Positions 46,321 to 58,935 of a DNA stretch of 64,000 nt are shown here, in pieces (within the stretch, counting starts at the first letter, position 1; every line of letters begins with the position of its first letter). Made by a program: the position numbers and the translations under genes. The stretch comes from an uncultured Mogibacterium sp. (lineage in GTDB: Bacteria; Bacillota; Clostridia; Peptostreptococcales; Anaerovoracaceae): NCBI GenBank assembly GCA_916438865.1, contig CAKAFX010000002.1:188552-252551 (forward strand), written 5' to 3'. Under the pieces are notes generated by a model. That model did no database searches. It had not been told where the DNA came from and saw nothing but the letters and a program-made list of their open reading frames with translations.

Positions 46321-47406
46321 CAATTCAAATTTAAATATTGAGGGTGCGAAGAAACAGAAAGTTCGTTTTAATATTGATAACCTCGTTAGGATAGGCTTTC
46401 ACATATTTAGGCAATTCGATGATCAGTATTATGCGGGATTCGCCGCTCAGATTGCCTATTACTTCTTCATGGCCAGTGTACCTACACTCATAGTACTTTC
46501 GCAGGTGCTAGGAGTTTTTGACTTATCTTTAGATATCATAAAGAATTGGCTTGATCACAATGTGGACTCTCAGCTGAGCAACTTCGTCGTAGGCCTATTC
46601 TCGGCATCATCTGTGAGGCTGGGTAATGCAGTCATGATTTTCCTTGCATTGTGGGCCGCTTCTGCACTAGAGTTCTCGCTGTCGAGGCTAACGAGCTACA
46701 CTCTCACGGAAGGCGCTTACAAATTCAACTTCTTCACGGAGAGGCTTAAGGCTGTTCCGACTGCGGCTATCACGATTTTTGCCATTGCTTTTGCACTAGT
46801 GGTATTCGTGTATGGTGAAGAGATTTTCTATAAGCTGTTCAATGGTGGAATACTTGCTAGGGCACTAATTGCAATGAAATTGCCGATTGCTGCCGTTTCG
46901 TATTTTGCTATGATTACACTGAATTACTACATTTTGCCTCTCGTAAGAGTTCCGCTTAGAAAGCGATACTGCCCGGAGCTGTGTTCTCATCGTTTGGCAT
47001 ATTGGTTGCCACAACTATTTATGCGAAGTATATAAACTACTCTGTAAACTATGACATCCTCTACGGTGCCTTTGCATCTATCGTCGCACTCATGCTCTGG
47101 TTCTATATAATTTCATGGATACTTTGTATTGGAATGATGTTCAACAAAGCCTGGGATGAGATTATGAAGCGAGACAGACTGAGTCATGACAGAATGGTCG
47201 AGTATATTGAGAAGCAGTCGAGCTTACTCGGTGAAGAAAAGTCTAAGAGATATTTTGTATCCGGAGACGAAAATTACGGCACTGAGATCGAGACTATCGC
47301 CGTTAAATTGAGCCGCAAATTTGTAAAGGGTTACGAAGAGGAGCTTCGTAGAGAAAAAGCAGAAAAAAAGCGCATCGAAAATTATAGCGTACAAGGCATG
47401 ACTTAA
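46301..47406 (+). CDS. YihY/BrkB-family membrane protein (split)
   Basis: AAQIAYYFF..P, YGAFASIVALMLWFY. Confidence 0.88.
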
Positions 47407-47467
47407 TATATCTGATAAATATCGATGCCTGGTTGGCATCTGTCTCAGGAAAACTTGAGGTAAATAT

Positions 47468-48413
47468 ATGGAAGAACTGAAGAATATCGAAACTAATGTC
47501 GAAGCAAATACTGAGAGAAAAAAACTGCTATTCATTCTCAATCCGCGTGCAGGTACTATGCAAGCTAGCAAGCACCTAAGTGAAATACTCCAGATATTTT
47601 CTGATTCTGGGTATTTAACCACCGTTTTGATGACAACTAAGTCAGGTGATGCAAGAGATTTTGCGCATCAATATGCTAATGAGTACGATGTAGTTGCTTG
47701 TGCAGGTGGAGATGGCACATACAATGAGATGATAGACGGTGTTATTTCGGTAGGTGCAAAGTGTAAAAATAGGATATATTCCTGCTGGTAGCACAAATGA
47801 TTTTGGTGCAAGCATCGGACTATCTAAGAATACTATCGAAGCTGCAAATGCTATAGCGCACGGCGAGGCGATAACGCTTGACGTGGGTTCATTCAACGGT
47901 CAGCACTTCTCGTATGTGGCTTCTTTTGGAGCTTTTACGAGCGCTTCGTATTCAGTTCCGCAGAATATCAAAAATATTTTTGGACATACCGCGTATGTAT
48001 TACAGGGAATCAAGGATATCGTTAACATCAAAGCTCAGCATGTAAAAGTAATCACTGACGAGGGCATGCCAAGTGAACGAGTGATTGAAGAGGACCTAGT
48101 GTTCGGTGCCGTATGTAATGCGACATCGGTGGGTGGTGTGCTCAAGCTTGATTCGTTTAGAGTTGATATGAATGATGGATTAATGGAGATTTTGCTCATC
48201 AAGTCACCTAAAAATCTGCTTGACGTAAACTCAATTGCGTTGTCGCTTCTTGCAAACGACCTCGATACAAAAGATATCGCTTTCTATAGTGCAAAGACTG
48301 TCAGATTCGAAATGGATCCTGAAGTTCCATGGACTCTCGATGGTGAGTATAAGGAAGGGGCGAGCGATATCAAGATTGAGACGGTCGTTGATGCAGTGAA
48401 TATTTTGGTTTAG
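47468..48413 (+). CDS. Diacylglycerol/lipid kinase family (YegS/BmrU) (split)
   Basis: NPRAG, GGDGT, PAGSTNDF, LDGE. Confidence 0.92.
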
Positions 48414-48578
48414 ATACAGCTTTCTAGAAAAGGTTCTTAATTTTTAGGAACCTTGTTTTTATGTAACTAGACTTGATAAGGTGATAGAATACACAGAGAC
48501 GATTGTCAGGCGCTCTTAAGGTCAAGAGGAAAGGGCTGTAATGGCAGACTCGATCAATAAAAATAAAGAAGGGTATAA

Positions 48579-49345
48579 ATGACGAAAAGAACTCGTCGTA
48601 GCAACCTTACAAGGGCAGATTTAGAAGAAGCTTATCTTGATTTGGAAAAATAATAATTTTGCTTCCAGCATGAGGATAAAATTCGCAGCTGATTTAGCAG
48701 AAAGTAATGAAATTGCATATCACTATGAACTTATTAACAAAGATTGGGATCAGAATTTAAATCTGTATCTTGAAAATGGTTTTGAGAAACATGATAGAGA
48801 AGGGATAGTATTTTTATTTGGGAAACTGGATGAAAATGTAGATAAAAAAATAAAAAGTGTACACAGTTTATCTATTAGCAAAAGTATTATCACAAAAAAA
48901 GCATAGAGACTTTTATCTATCATTTTGCGATAAAAGCCTGTGATATACTTTTTTTCACTTTTTAGATACAAATGATGATAATCTTCGTTGTAAAGTCATC
49001 ATTTCTATTGGTTGGATAGGGGCATCTAAGGAAATTGAATTGCTTACGCATCAGCTGCTTTGTGATGAAGATGCTCTTTTGCCGAGCATGTTCTGCATCA
49101 AAGCCTTATGCAGATGATGTTTCATCGTGTTAAAAGAGAAGAACTACAAGAAAGAACTAAATTATCATTTCTCGAAGGCATTTCTAATGAAAAAGATTTA
49201 TATGCTTGTGGAATTATGGTAGAAGCGGCGCAAAACCATATTTGGAAAAAAAGATGGATATCTTCATCCGCTGTACAAAGTGAAGAACCTACAGTAATCG
49301 AAAAAAAGCGAGAAAAATCAGCTGTGCGTTTTTTTACGGAAGTAA
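48579..49345 (+). CDS. Hypothetical helical-repeat (HEAT-like) protein, heavily fragmented
   Basis: Consecutive fragments; ..LRCKVIISIGWIG..LL.DEDAL.RA.SA..LMQ helical pattern; AT-rich. Confidence 0.5.
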
Positions 49346-49372
49346 TCATAATTGCTAATCTGATTAAGAATT

Positions 49373-49418
49373 TAAAACTGCTGACAAATGCGTTACGCAT
49401 CTGCCAGCAGTTTGTTTT
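49373..49418. terminator. Terminator between convergent genes
   Basis: aaactgctgacaaatgcg-tta-cgcatctgccagcagttt imperfect hairpin. Confidence 0.65.
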
Positions 49419-49501
49419 AATACGTGAGTTCGCTCGCAATCACATTGATTCTATCACTATAATTTAGCCAAAACCGAACCAATAGCCGAGCGCTATATTT
49501 A

Positions 49502-50628
49502 TTAAATCTCGCGAACCTTGAGGATTCCTTCACCAGCTAGCTCGCCAGAAGCATCAGCAGGAACGAGAGCGATTGCAGCGCCGTATTCTGTGCGGCTCTT
49601 GCCAACGCATACGTCGTCAACGCTTCCATAAGCAGCCTTTACAGCAGCTTCAACATCAAGCTCGCCCTTAAACAGGATGCAAACCTTCTTGAAGCCTTCC
49701 TTTGCAGGAAGCTCTACAGTAGGGAAATTAACTGAGTTTCTAATAGTTCCCTTCTCTAGGTAATCCATAAGCTCATCAACTGCCATAGCTGCACAGTTCT
49801 CTTCAGCCTCTGCCGTGGAAGCTCCGAGATGTGGAGTTGCGATAACACCAGCTTTACCGATTAGCTCTTCGCTTGGAAGGTCAGTCATGTACTTTCTAAT
49901 CTTTTCCAGACTCAATTCCAGCAAGAACATCTTCAATAACAACTAGGTCAGGTCTAGCAAAGTTGAGGATAATGGTTCCGTCCTTCATGTTGGCAATAAG
50001 TTCCTTGTTGATCATGCCGATAGTGTCAGGTAGTGAAGGAACGTGGATTGTGATGTAGTCGCAAACCTTAACCATCTCGGCGATATCATCATACATCTCG
50101 CATGGAGCTGTGAGAATAGGGTGAACTACTACAGAGTTTCCAACGATGTTCATGCCAAGTGCGTGAGCTGCATTAGCAACCTTTGCTCCGATAGCACCCT
50201 AGACCGATTACTCCGAGAGTCTTTCCGGAAATCTCAGTTCCAGCGAACTGCTTCTTGCCCTTTTCAACCTGTCCAGAAACATCTACTTCAAGAGTATTAG
50301 TCCAAGCAACACCTTCGTAGATGTTTCTTGCGCCCATAATCATAGCTGAAATAACCAGCTCCTTAACCGCATTGGAGTTTGCTCCAGGTGCATTAAACAC
50401 TACGATGCCTTCATCAGCACATCTGTCTAGAGGAATGTTGTTCACTCCTGCACCAGCTCTACCGATAGCCATCAAATTGTCGGAGAAATCCATCTCGTGC
50501 ATCTTGAAGCTACGAACGACAACTCCGTGTGCTGTGTCTATATCTTCTGTCAACTCATATCTGTCTGTAAGTCTGCTAAGACCTACCTGTGAAATGTTGT
50601 TGAGCGTACCGATATTAAACTTATCCAT
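49502..50628 (-). CDS. serA: D-3-phosphoglycerate dehydrogenase (split)
   Basis: RAGAGVNNIP, NAPGANSNAV, GVIGLG, NFAR, TPHLGAST. Confidence 0.92.
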
Positions 50629-50858
50629 TCTTAAGTACCTCCTACTTGCCGCCAAGGTTATGTGGCGTGGTCAAAGTGTTGAAAATAATAATTCGCTTAA
50701 TAGCCCATCCATCGTGAGATATGCGGCTTTTATGCTGCCGCAAGTGTTGAAAAATGCACTATTTACGATATTAAGTATAGCATTATTATTCTTTACATTC
50801 AATGTTGAAAAGTGCTACAATTTTTATGTAAGTTTGAAACAAATTTGGAGGTATTTAA

Positions 50859-51950
50859 ATGGCTACAAATGAACGTGTATTTAACTTCTCTGCAGGTCCC
50901 TCAACTCTTCCTGTAGAGGTACTTGAGAAAGCTGCATCAGAGATGCTCAACTATGAAGGCACTGGTCAGTCCGTAATGGAGATGAGCCACAGATCAGCAG
51001 AATACAAGCAGATTATTGAGGATGCTGAGAAGAACCTAAGAGAGCTTATGAACATTCCTGAGGATTATTATGTTCTATTCCTTCAGGGTGGTGGAACTCT
51101 ACAGTTTTCAATGGTTCCAATCAACCTGCTAACTGGCAGCAAGAAGGCTGACTACCTGATTACAGGTAACTGGGCTAAGAAAGCTTATGAAGAGGCTACA
51201 AAGTTCGGAGATGTTAAGGTTCTTGCAAGCTCTGAGGAGGACAACTACTCATATATCCCTAAGTTCAAACCAGAGGATATCAGACCTGACGTAGACTATG
51301 TTCACATCTGCTACAACAACACAATCTTCGGAACACACTGCAACGAAGTTCCAGATGTAGGCGAACACGTACTAGTTGCTGACATGTCTTCTTGCATTCT
51401 TTCTGAGGAAGTAGATGTTACAAAGTTCGGTCTAATCTATGCTGGAGCTCAGAAGAACGTTGCTCCTGCTGGCGTTACTATTGTAATCGTTAGAAAGGAC
51501 CTAGTAGGAAAGGCTCCTGCTAATACTCCAGTTTACCTAGATTATGCAACACACGCTAAGAAGGGCTCGATGTACAATACACCTCCATGCTACCCAATCT
51601 ATATGGCTGGTGAAGTGTTCAAATACCTCCTAAGCCACGGTGGAGTTAAGGCTACTCACGAAGCAGACGTAGAGAAGGCTGATCTTCTGTATGGATATCT
51701 AGATAAGAGCGAGATGTTCAAGCCATCTGTTGCAAAGGAAGACAGATCTCTCATGAATATCACTTTCGTTACTGGAGATCCTGACCTCGATAAGAAGTTC
51801 ATCGCTGGAGCTAAGGAGCAGGGCATGATTAACCTTGCTGGCTACAGAACAGTTGGAGGAATGAGAGCAAGTACATATAACGCTATGCCTAAGGAAGGTG
51901 TAGAGGCTCTCGTTGCTTATATGGAAAAGTTTGAGAATGAGAACAAATAA
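50859..51950 (+). CDS. serC: Phosphoserine aminotransferase
   Basis: FNFSAGP, MEMSHR, GAQKN, YNTPP, GGMRAS. Confidence 0.97.
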   Translation: MATNERVFNFSAGPSTLPVEVLEKAASEMLNYEGTGQSVMEMSHRSAEYKQIIEDAEKNLRELMNIPEDYYVLFLQGGGTLQFSMVPINLLTGSKKADYLITGNWAKKAYEEATKFGDVKVLASSEEDNYSYIPKFKPEDIRPDVDYVHICYNNTIFGTHCNEVPDVGEHVLVADMSSCILSEEVDVTKFGLIYAGAQKNVAPAGVTIVIVRKDLVGKAPANTPVYLDYATHAKKGSMYNTPPCYPIYMAGEVFKYLLSHGGVKATHEADVEKADLLYGYLDKSEMFKPSVAKEDRSLMNITFVTGDPDLDKKFIAGAKEQGMINLAGYRTVGGMRASTYNAMPKEGVEALVAYMEKFENENK

Positions 51951-53354
51951 CGAGATTGTTAATTCAAAAAATATTAATAAAAGTCTTGTAAGAAATTTGG
52001 TGACCGTCATGGTGATGCTTCTGGTGTCATCATTGATGGTCACCATCAATATTAATACAAGCTTTGCTGCTTCTAAGAAGAAAGCAAAAACAAGACGAGC
52101 ACCATTGCTGCCCCAGAGATTGAGACGGAATCGGCGGTCGTCCTTTCGGCGTCTACGAGTGAGGTGGTATACTCCTCGCGCAAAGACAGAAAGCTCCAAC
52201 CGGGGAGCACAGTGCAGTTAATGGTTGCGATGGTTGTTATCGACAACATGCACGATGATAAAGAATATAAGAACAATGTCCAGATTTCTGACGACATTTA
52301 TGGAGCGGGAAATACATTCCCATCAGGATCAAGTGTTAAGGTCGAGGACCTTATGTACACAATGCTCATGTCAGGCGATGCAGAGTCTGCCAAGGCTTTT
52401 GGCGATTTATTCAGCTGGTTCGGAAGCGAATTTTTGTAGACCAGATGAATTCAAAGGCTCAGCAGCTAGGACTAGTCAATACGAGATATACAAATTCAAC
52501 TGGTGAGTACGACACAGACCAGTACTCTACAGTTGAGGATACAGCAAAAATCGCAAAAGCAGCGTATCAGTACGGTGCAATCAAGAGGATGTCTAGCGAG
52601 AATAGCTACAACGTTAAAGTTACAGGTGGCAATGGTGACAAAAAGATTACCAATACACATCCTTTCATGTCTGGCAGCGAGTCATACAAAGGATTCAAGG
52701 GCGGAATATACTCTAAGCTGACAGAACCTGAGGGTAAAGAAGTGTTCCTGGCTTACGTAACTCGTAATGATATGAACCTCGTAGTTGTTCTGTTCGATGA
52801 AGCGGAAGGAAAATCATCAGCTGATGCGAGTAAGCTGCTAAACTATGGATTTAAAAAGGCTACTCAGAAAGTCATAATCAAGAAGGATGTCAAGGTTGGC
52901 AGGGTTAAGGTTAAGCATGGTGCAAAAACTAGGCTGAAAGCCTACACCGCTAGTAAAGGCTTCGTATATATCCCGCCAGAAGGAAGTGACTCCCTTATAA
53001 AGACTGAGTCTGTGATATTTAACAATGTGGAAGCACCTCTAAAAGAAGGTGATAAGGTTGGAGAATACCGAATCTACGTTGCAAATGAACTTACTGGCAC
53101 TGTAGACATCGTTGTCAAGGAAGATGTCAAAGTTGAGCTGGCTGCCGTCATATATTTATATTTCAAATATGATGACGGTTATAATATGCATAATTCTATT
53201 TTTAATAATCATGATACTTGTACGCGCTAGAAATATTAGAAGGCGCAGGAAGAAAATGAGAGATAGAAAGCATAAGGAGAAGATTCGAGAGCTAGCTAGA
53301 CAGCGTCTTGAAATCGAAGAAGACAGAAGAAGACGCAACTGGAATTACAAATAA
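51937..53354 (+). CDS. D-Ala-D-Ala carboxypeptidase (S11/DacA) homologue with degenerate catalytic motifs, C-terminal TM (split)
   Basis: LG..NT.YTNSTG, YSTVEDTAKIA, LLNYGF, APLKEGDKVG; SxxK position reads STVQ. Confidence 0.8.
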
Positions 53355-53380
53355 ACTGGAGATTATAGGGAAATCATTCA

Positions 53381-55298
53381 ATGTTTAACATCGAAGAAGA
53401 ACTAAAAAAATTACCCCTCTCGCCAGGAGTATATATGCATAAAGATAGCCTTGGTAACGTTATTTACGTTGGCAAGGCTATTAAGTTAAGAAATCGTGTT
53501 TCACAGTATTTCCACAAGTCATCACAGCACTCTCCTAAGGTGCGTGCTATGGTGGACAACATTGCGGAATTCGATTATATTACGTGCGCTACAGAGATGG
53601 AGGCACTCATTTTAGAGTGTAATCTCATCAAGAAGTACATGCCTAAATATAATATTCTTCTCAAGGATGGGAAGACATATCCTTACATCGAAGTGACCAC
53701 AAGCGAAGAATTCCCAAGAGTTATCAGGACTAGAGAAGTCAAGAGAGATGGCAATAAATATTTTGGACCTTATTCAGATAGTGGGGCTGTTACAAAGATA
53801 ATTAAACTCATTGATGAGATATATCCAATCAAGAAGTGTAAGACCAAGGAGTTTCCGGCGAACTTTCGCCCCTGTCTAAATTATCATATAGGTAAATGCA
53901 AGGGGATTTGCATAAACGCGGCAGATAAGGCTGAGTATGAAGAGATGATAGACAGCATCCTCAAGATTCTGAATGGCAAGGATGCGAAGCTGATCAAAGA
54001 GCTCAAGGAAAAGATGATGGCAGCATCAGACAATCTGGAGTACGAGGAAGCTGCTAAATATAGAGATTATATCAATGCCTTTAAGGCTCTTGGGGAGACT
54101 CAGAGAGCGACGATGGCTGCGGATAGAGACATCGATGTGCTGCTTCCATTGGTCACACAAAATAGTGAGATTATAGCTCAATACAAGGTGCGAGAAGGCA
54201 AACTCATCGGAAGAGAAATCCACTACATGGACGAGTATAACTCGGATTTGAGTAGCACGAGGAGTGAGATGGTATCTGCATTTTATAAAAACAGTACTAT
54301 ACTGGAAGTGCCAAGCTGCCGAAGGAGATTTTTGCTGACCGAGCATATAGAAGAAGAGGAGCTAATCATCGGACTCCTTGATAATACTAACGAAGAGAAT
54401 GCTAAGGCTAAGAGTGACAACATGCATCGCACTAAGATAATAGTTCCTGAACGTGGTGATAAGAAGGCGATTCTTGACCTCGCGATAAATGATTCGCTGC
54501 AGGTTATTAAAGGTCTCGATGAGCGAGCTGAGCGCGATTCTGAGAAAAAAAGATAGGCTGCGAGAAGAGATCACAAGGCTTATCAAAAGAGCGGCACAGG
54601 TTGAGGGCGCGATTCCGTACATCATCGAAGATGGTGAAGAGCGAGAGTATAGAGTTGAGGCCTACGATATCTCCAACATGAACGGGCTCGATACTGTCGG
54701 AGCAATGGTCGTGTATGAGGGTGCAAAGCCGATAAGAAATGATTACCGTAAGTTCAAGATTAAAAGTGAAACTGCTGAAGGCGACGATTATGCATCGTTA
54801 CAAGAGGTTATTTATAGACGCTTAAAACGTGCAAAAGATGGAGATTCGGGATTCAGCACATATCCCGACATACTCTTTATAGACGGTGGGCTCGGACAGG
54901 TTCATGCCGTGCAGAAGGTTGTTTCTGCGCTTCGCATGTCAATTCAGTAGTTGGTCTCGCAAAAGAATGATGTTCATAGGACAAGGGCAATTGTATTTGG
55001 TGATGGGTCAGAGATTGAACTCGAAGGAGAGCCATTCTTATATAGCTACTGCGGCCGCATACAGGAAGAGGTTCACAGATTTGCTATTACTTTCCAGCGA
55101 GGAAGAAGAACCTCTGCGATGACGAAGTCAGTTCTTGAAGAGATCCCAGGGATTGGTCCGTCAAGGCGTAAGGAGCTGCTGAAGCACTTCAAAGATATAG
55201 ATTCTATTAAGCGAGCGAGCTACGAGGAACTACTGGCCTGCGATACCATCAATAGTAAGGCTGCGGAGAGTATAATCGAATACTTTAGCAGGAAATAA
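53381..55298 (+). CDS. uvrC: Excinuclease ABC subunit C (split)
   Basis: PGVY..IYVGKA GIY-YIG, EAYDIS, IDGG.GQ, EVHRFA, IPGIG. Confidence 0.97.
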
Positions 55299-55370
55299 CG
55301 GAAATACATTGATATATAAACATATTAATGTTATATTAACCTAACACAGATAGAGAAAAGGAGAGTAACT

Positions 55371-55652
55371 ATGTCTCAGGAAGAACGTAACATGATTGAA
55401 GAAGAAGAGGATATAATCACTCTAGAATTTGACGACGGAACTGCAGTTGATTGCGATGTTCTAGGAACATTCGAAGCTGACTCCAAGGAGTATATTGCTC
55501 TTGCTCCAATAGATGGAACTGACGATGTTTACATCTATGGATATAAGGATATCGATGCTGATACATTTGATATCGTAGATATCGATGATGAGGAAGAGTT
55601 CAATGCTGCTGTGAAGGCTTTTGAAGCAGTAATGGCAGAGGAAGACGAATAA
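55371..55652 (+). CDS. DUF1292-family acidic protein
   Basis: ITLEFDDG..F....EYIAL..DIDDEEEF pattern. Confidence 0.8.
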   Translation: MSQEERNMIEEEEDIITLEFDDGTAVDCDVLGTFEADSKEYIALAPIDGTDDVYIYGYKDIDADTFDIVDIDDEEEFNAAVKAFEAVMAEEDE

Positions 55653-55673
55653 TATATTTGATAGATTATATCG

Positions 55674-55700
55674 CCGCGCTGATGCCGTCAGCGCGGTTTT
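55674..55700 (+). terminator. Intrinsic terminator
   Basis: ccgcgctga-tgccg-tcagcgcgg followed by tttt. Confidence 0.75.
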
Positions 55701-55780
55701 ACTGTGAGTATTTTATATTTACAATATAAAGGCAGTTATTGTATAATATCGCTTGTCTATTTCAGTTAGAAACTGCATGA

Positions 55781-55866
55781 GCGGATGTGGCGGAATTGGC
55801 AGACGCGCACGGTTCAGGTCCGTGTGACGAACAGTTATGAGGGTTCGAGTCCCTCCATCCGCACCA
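55781..55866 (+). tRNA. tRNA-Leu (anticodon CAG)
   Basis: Acceptor GCGGATG/CATCCGC plus ACCA; anticodon arm CACGG-TTCAGGT-CCGTG; long variable arm; GGTTCGAGTCC T-loop. Confidence 0.97.
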
Positions 55867-55870
55867 CATG

Positions 55871-55900
55871 AGCGAGGTTTATACAAAACCTCGTTTTTTT
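55871..55900 (+). terminator. Terminator after tRNA
   Basis: cgaggttt-ataca-aaacctcg followed by a T run. Confidence 0.75.
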
Positions 55901-55915
55901 ATTAAGGAGATTGAT

Positions 55916-56716
55916 ATGGATAATAGAGCAATAGGTTTTTTTGATTCGGGACTTGGCGGGCTTACTAGCGTGCCGGTTCTCAAGCACGCTCTTCCAAATG
56001 AAAAGGTTCTCTACTTCGGCGATACTGCGAGGACTCCGTATGGTTCAAAGTCGCCAGATACAGTATGCAAGTTTTCGGCACAGATAGTAGACTATCTGGT
56101 GAGTAAGAACGTTAAGCTGATTGTTATTGCTTGTAACACAGTTACTGCCATGGCACTCGATATGCTCAGAGAGAGGCACCCTGAAGTTCCAATTGTCGGT
56201 GTAATAGACCCGACAGCTAGGCGTGTGTCTGTAGATGGCGTAAGAAATGTGGGGATCATAGGCACTAAAGTTACGATAGAGAGTGGAGTGTATGCTGAGA
56301 GTATCCATTCACTTAACCCTGATATCAACACGTATAGTCTTGCTTGTCCGGCTTTTGTGCCGCTGATTGAAGAAGGCATTATTGATAACGAGATTATGGA
56401 CCTCACCATCAAGTACTATATGGATGATTTCGTAAAGAACAACAACATAGATAGCCTCATTCTAGGCTGCACACACTATCCACTAATTGCGACCAACATC
56501 AAGAGACTATATCCTGAACTTAAGCTATACAATTCATCGGCAGAGGTTATCTGCGATGTTGTGGACATTTTGACTGAAAAAGATATGTTGGCGGGAGAAA
56601 ATGACTTTCCAGACAGATTCTATGCCAGCGACTTGTCGGAAAACTTCCTGAGAATGACCGATACGCTGTTTGAGGGGTACGATACAAAAATTAAATTAAA
56701 GAAATTAGATGATTAA
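55916..56716 (+). CDS. murI: Glutamate racemase
   Basis: FDSGLGG, PYG, IACNT, LGCTHY. Confidence 0.97.
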   Translation: MDNRAIGFFDSGLGGLTSVPVLKHALPNEKVLYFGDTARTPYGSKSPDTVCKFSAQIVDYLVSKNVKLIVIACNTVTAMALDMLRERHPEVPIVGVIDPTARRVSVDGVRNVGIIGTKVTIESGVYAESIHSLNPDINTYSLACPAFVPLIEEGIIDNEIMDLTIKYYMDDFVKNNNIDSLILGCTHYPLIATNIKRLYPELKLYNSSAEVICDVVDILTEKDMLAGENDFPDRFYASDLSENFLRMTDTLFEGYDTKIKLKKLDD

Positions 56717-56873
56717 TACCGCAAAAGCGGTATTTTTTATGTCAAAAAGTATGTAGATATGCTCAAAACTGAGTGCTAAAGCGGCTCTCGCATTGACAAA
56801 AATCAACGGTTTTTATGTAAAATCAATTGATATTATGAAAAAAATGCCGTACTAGCGGCTATTGGGAGTTTAT

Positions 56874-57486
56874 ATGGAAACAGAGTTTAAATTTTTGCAT
56901 CGACGACTCGTCTCTTGTTGATAAGATTTTAAACGATTCTATGCTTGATGATTACGTTGATCGCAACGCATTAGAAGAGATCGACATGAAGGCGATTTAT
57001 TTCGACACAGATGACCTTGACCTTCGTAAAGCGGGGGTTGCCTACAGAGTGAGATATGAGAATGATCGTATCACAGCTACAGTAAAGTGGGACAACAAGG
57101 TTGAAGATGGTCTTCACTCGCGAGAGGAATTCAATCTCGTTATAAATGATGAAAGGTTCGCAATGGATCCTGATATCGAAGCATTCGAGTCAAGTGAAGC
57201 GTACGACGTTCTGATCAAGGCAGCTGGTAACAAGAAGCTGAACGAAGTTATGAGAATGGATTTTACGCGTAAGCTACTCAAAATCGATACTGGCGATTCT
57301 ATAAGTGCACTTTCTTTTGACGTAGGTATCGTCCATGGAGAATCTGGAGATGTGCCTATCTCTGAGATGGAGCTCGAGTGGTATCACGGAAGTGAGGATG
57401 ATTTCAAATACATAGCATGTAAGCTTGCGGAGAAGTATAATCTCAAAGCAGAGAACATTTCCAAGCTTCAGAAGGGCTTTTGCTGA
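56874..57486 (+). CDS. CYTH-domain protein (indel near start)
   Basis: METEFKF start, YFDT, YRVR, TVK, ISEMELE, SK. Confidence 0.85.
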
Positions 57487-57565
57487 ATAGCTACAGCGTA
57501 GCTCCATATATATTACATAATATCGACATTAATTATTTATGAACAAAAATTTAGGAGGATATATA

Positions 57566-58896
57566 ATGAACACTAACCTTATCTCGAAGGAAAATAACAT
57601 TGCCAAATTCACCCTCGTATTTACAGCTGCTGAGTTCGAAGATGCGATCGTAGATGCATACAAAAAGAACAAGGATAAGTTCTCCATCGATGGTTTCCGT
57701 AAGGGCAAAGCCCCTAGAAAGATCATCGAGAACAACTATGGAGAGGACATCTTCTATGATGAGGCTCTAAACGGCCTACTCAACAAGGCTTATCCAGAAG
57801 CAGTAGTAGAGCTTGACCTTGAGGTTGTTGCTAATCCTCAGCTTGAGGTTAGTGAGGTTAAGAAGGGCGAAGACATTACAGTTACTGCAACTGTACAACT
57901 TTTCCCAGAGGTTGAGATTAAGAACTATAAGAATCTTGAGGTAACAAAGGTTGCTTCAGAGGTTACAGATGCTGATGTTGAAGCTGACCTCGAGAGAATC
58001 CAGAAGAGCCAGGCTAGACTTGAGACTGTGGAAGGTCGCAAGTCTCAGGAGGGAGATACAGTAGTTATCGATTTTTGACGGATCTATCGATGGAAAGCAC
58101 TTCGATGGCGGAAAGTCAGAGAACTTTGAGCTTAAGCTAGGTTCTGGACAGTTCATTCCTGGATTCGAAGATCAGCTAATTGGCAAGGATGCTGGTGAGG
58201 AAGTAGACGTTAAGGTTACTTTCCCAGAGAACTACAATGCTAAGGATCTTGCAGGTAAGGGAAGCTCTATTTGAGACCAAGATTCACGAGATTAAGGTTG
58301 AAGTACTTCCTGAGATTGATGATGAACTCGCAAGCGACGTAAGTGAGTTTGAGACACTTGCAGAACTCAAAGCTGACGTTAAGAAGAACCTTGAGAAGAA
58401 CGCAAAGGATAGAGACGAAGCACAGATGAAGAACGAGCTTCTCGATAAGCTTTGTGAAGTTAACGAAGTAGACGTTCCTGCAGCAATGGTTGAGGAAGAG
58501 ATCGACAGAATGGTTAACGAGATGAATCAGCAGCTCGCTTATCAGGGACTATCTCTAGAACAGTACATGCAGATGCTTGGACAGACAATAAATGATGTAA
58601 GAGAAGGCGCAAGAGAGGATGCTAAGAAGAGAGTTTCTATGAGAATTCTCATCAGAGCAGTTGTTGCTAAGGAAGGCATCGAGGCTACAGAAGCTGAGCT
58701 TGAGGAAGAGCTACAGAAGTTCGCCGCTCAGTATGGTCAGTCAATCGAGCAGGTTAAGAAGGTTATGGGCGAAGAGAACCTTAGATTCTTCGCTGAGGAT
58801 GTAAAGACACGCAAGGCTATCGACTTCATGTTTGATAATGCTAAGCTGGTTGAGAAGAAGGAAGAGGCAGAGGCAGAGGCAGAGGAGAGCAAGTAA
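57566..58896 (+). CDS. tig: Trigger factor (split)
   Basis: [22 protein letters not shown]. Confidence 0.97.
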
Positions 58897-58935
58897 GCTC
58901 CCTCTGGTATAAATCTGCCATAAGGAGGAAGCATA

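Noticed and set aside
55781..55866. tRNA-Leu as an island attachment site
   Set aside because: Flanked by core genes; I saw no duplicated 3' end or nearby integrase.
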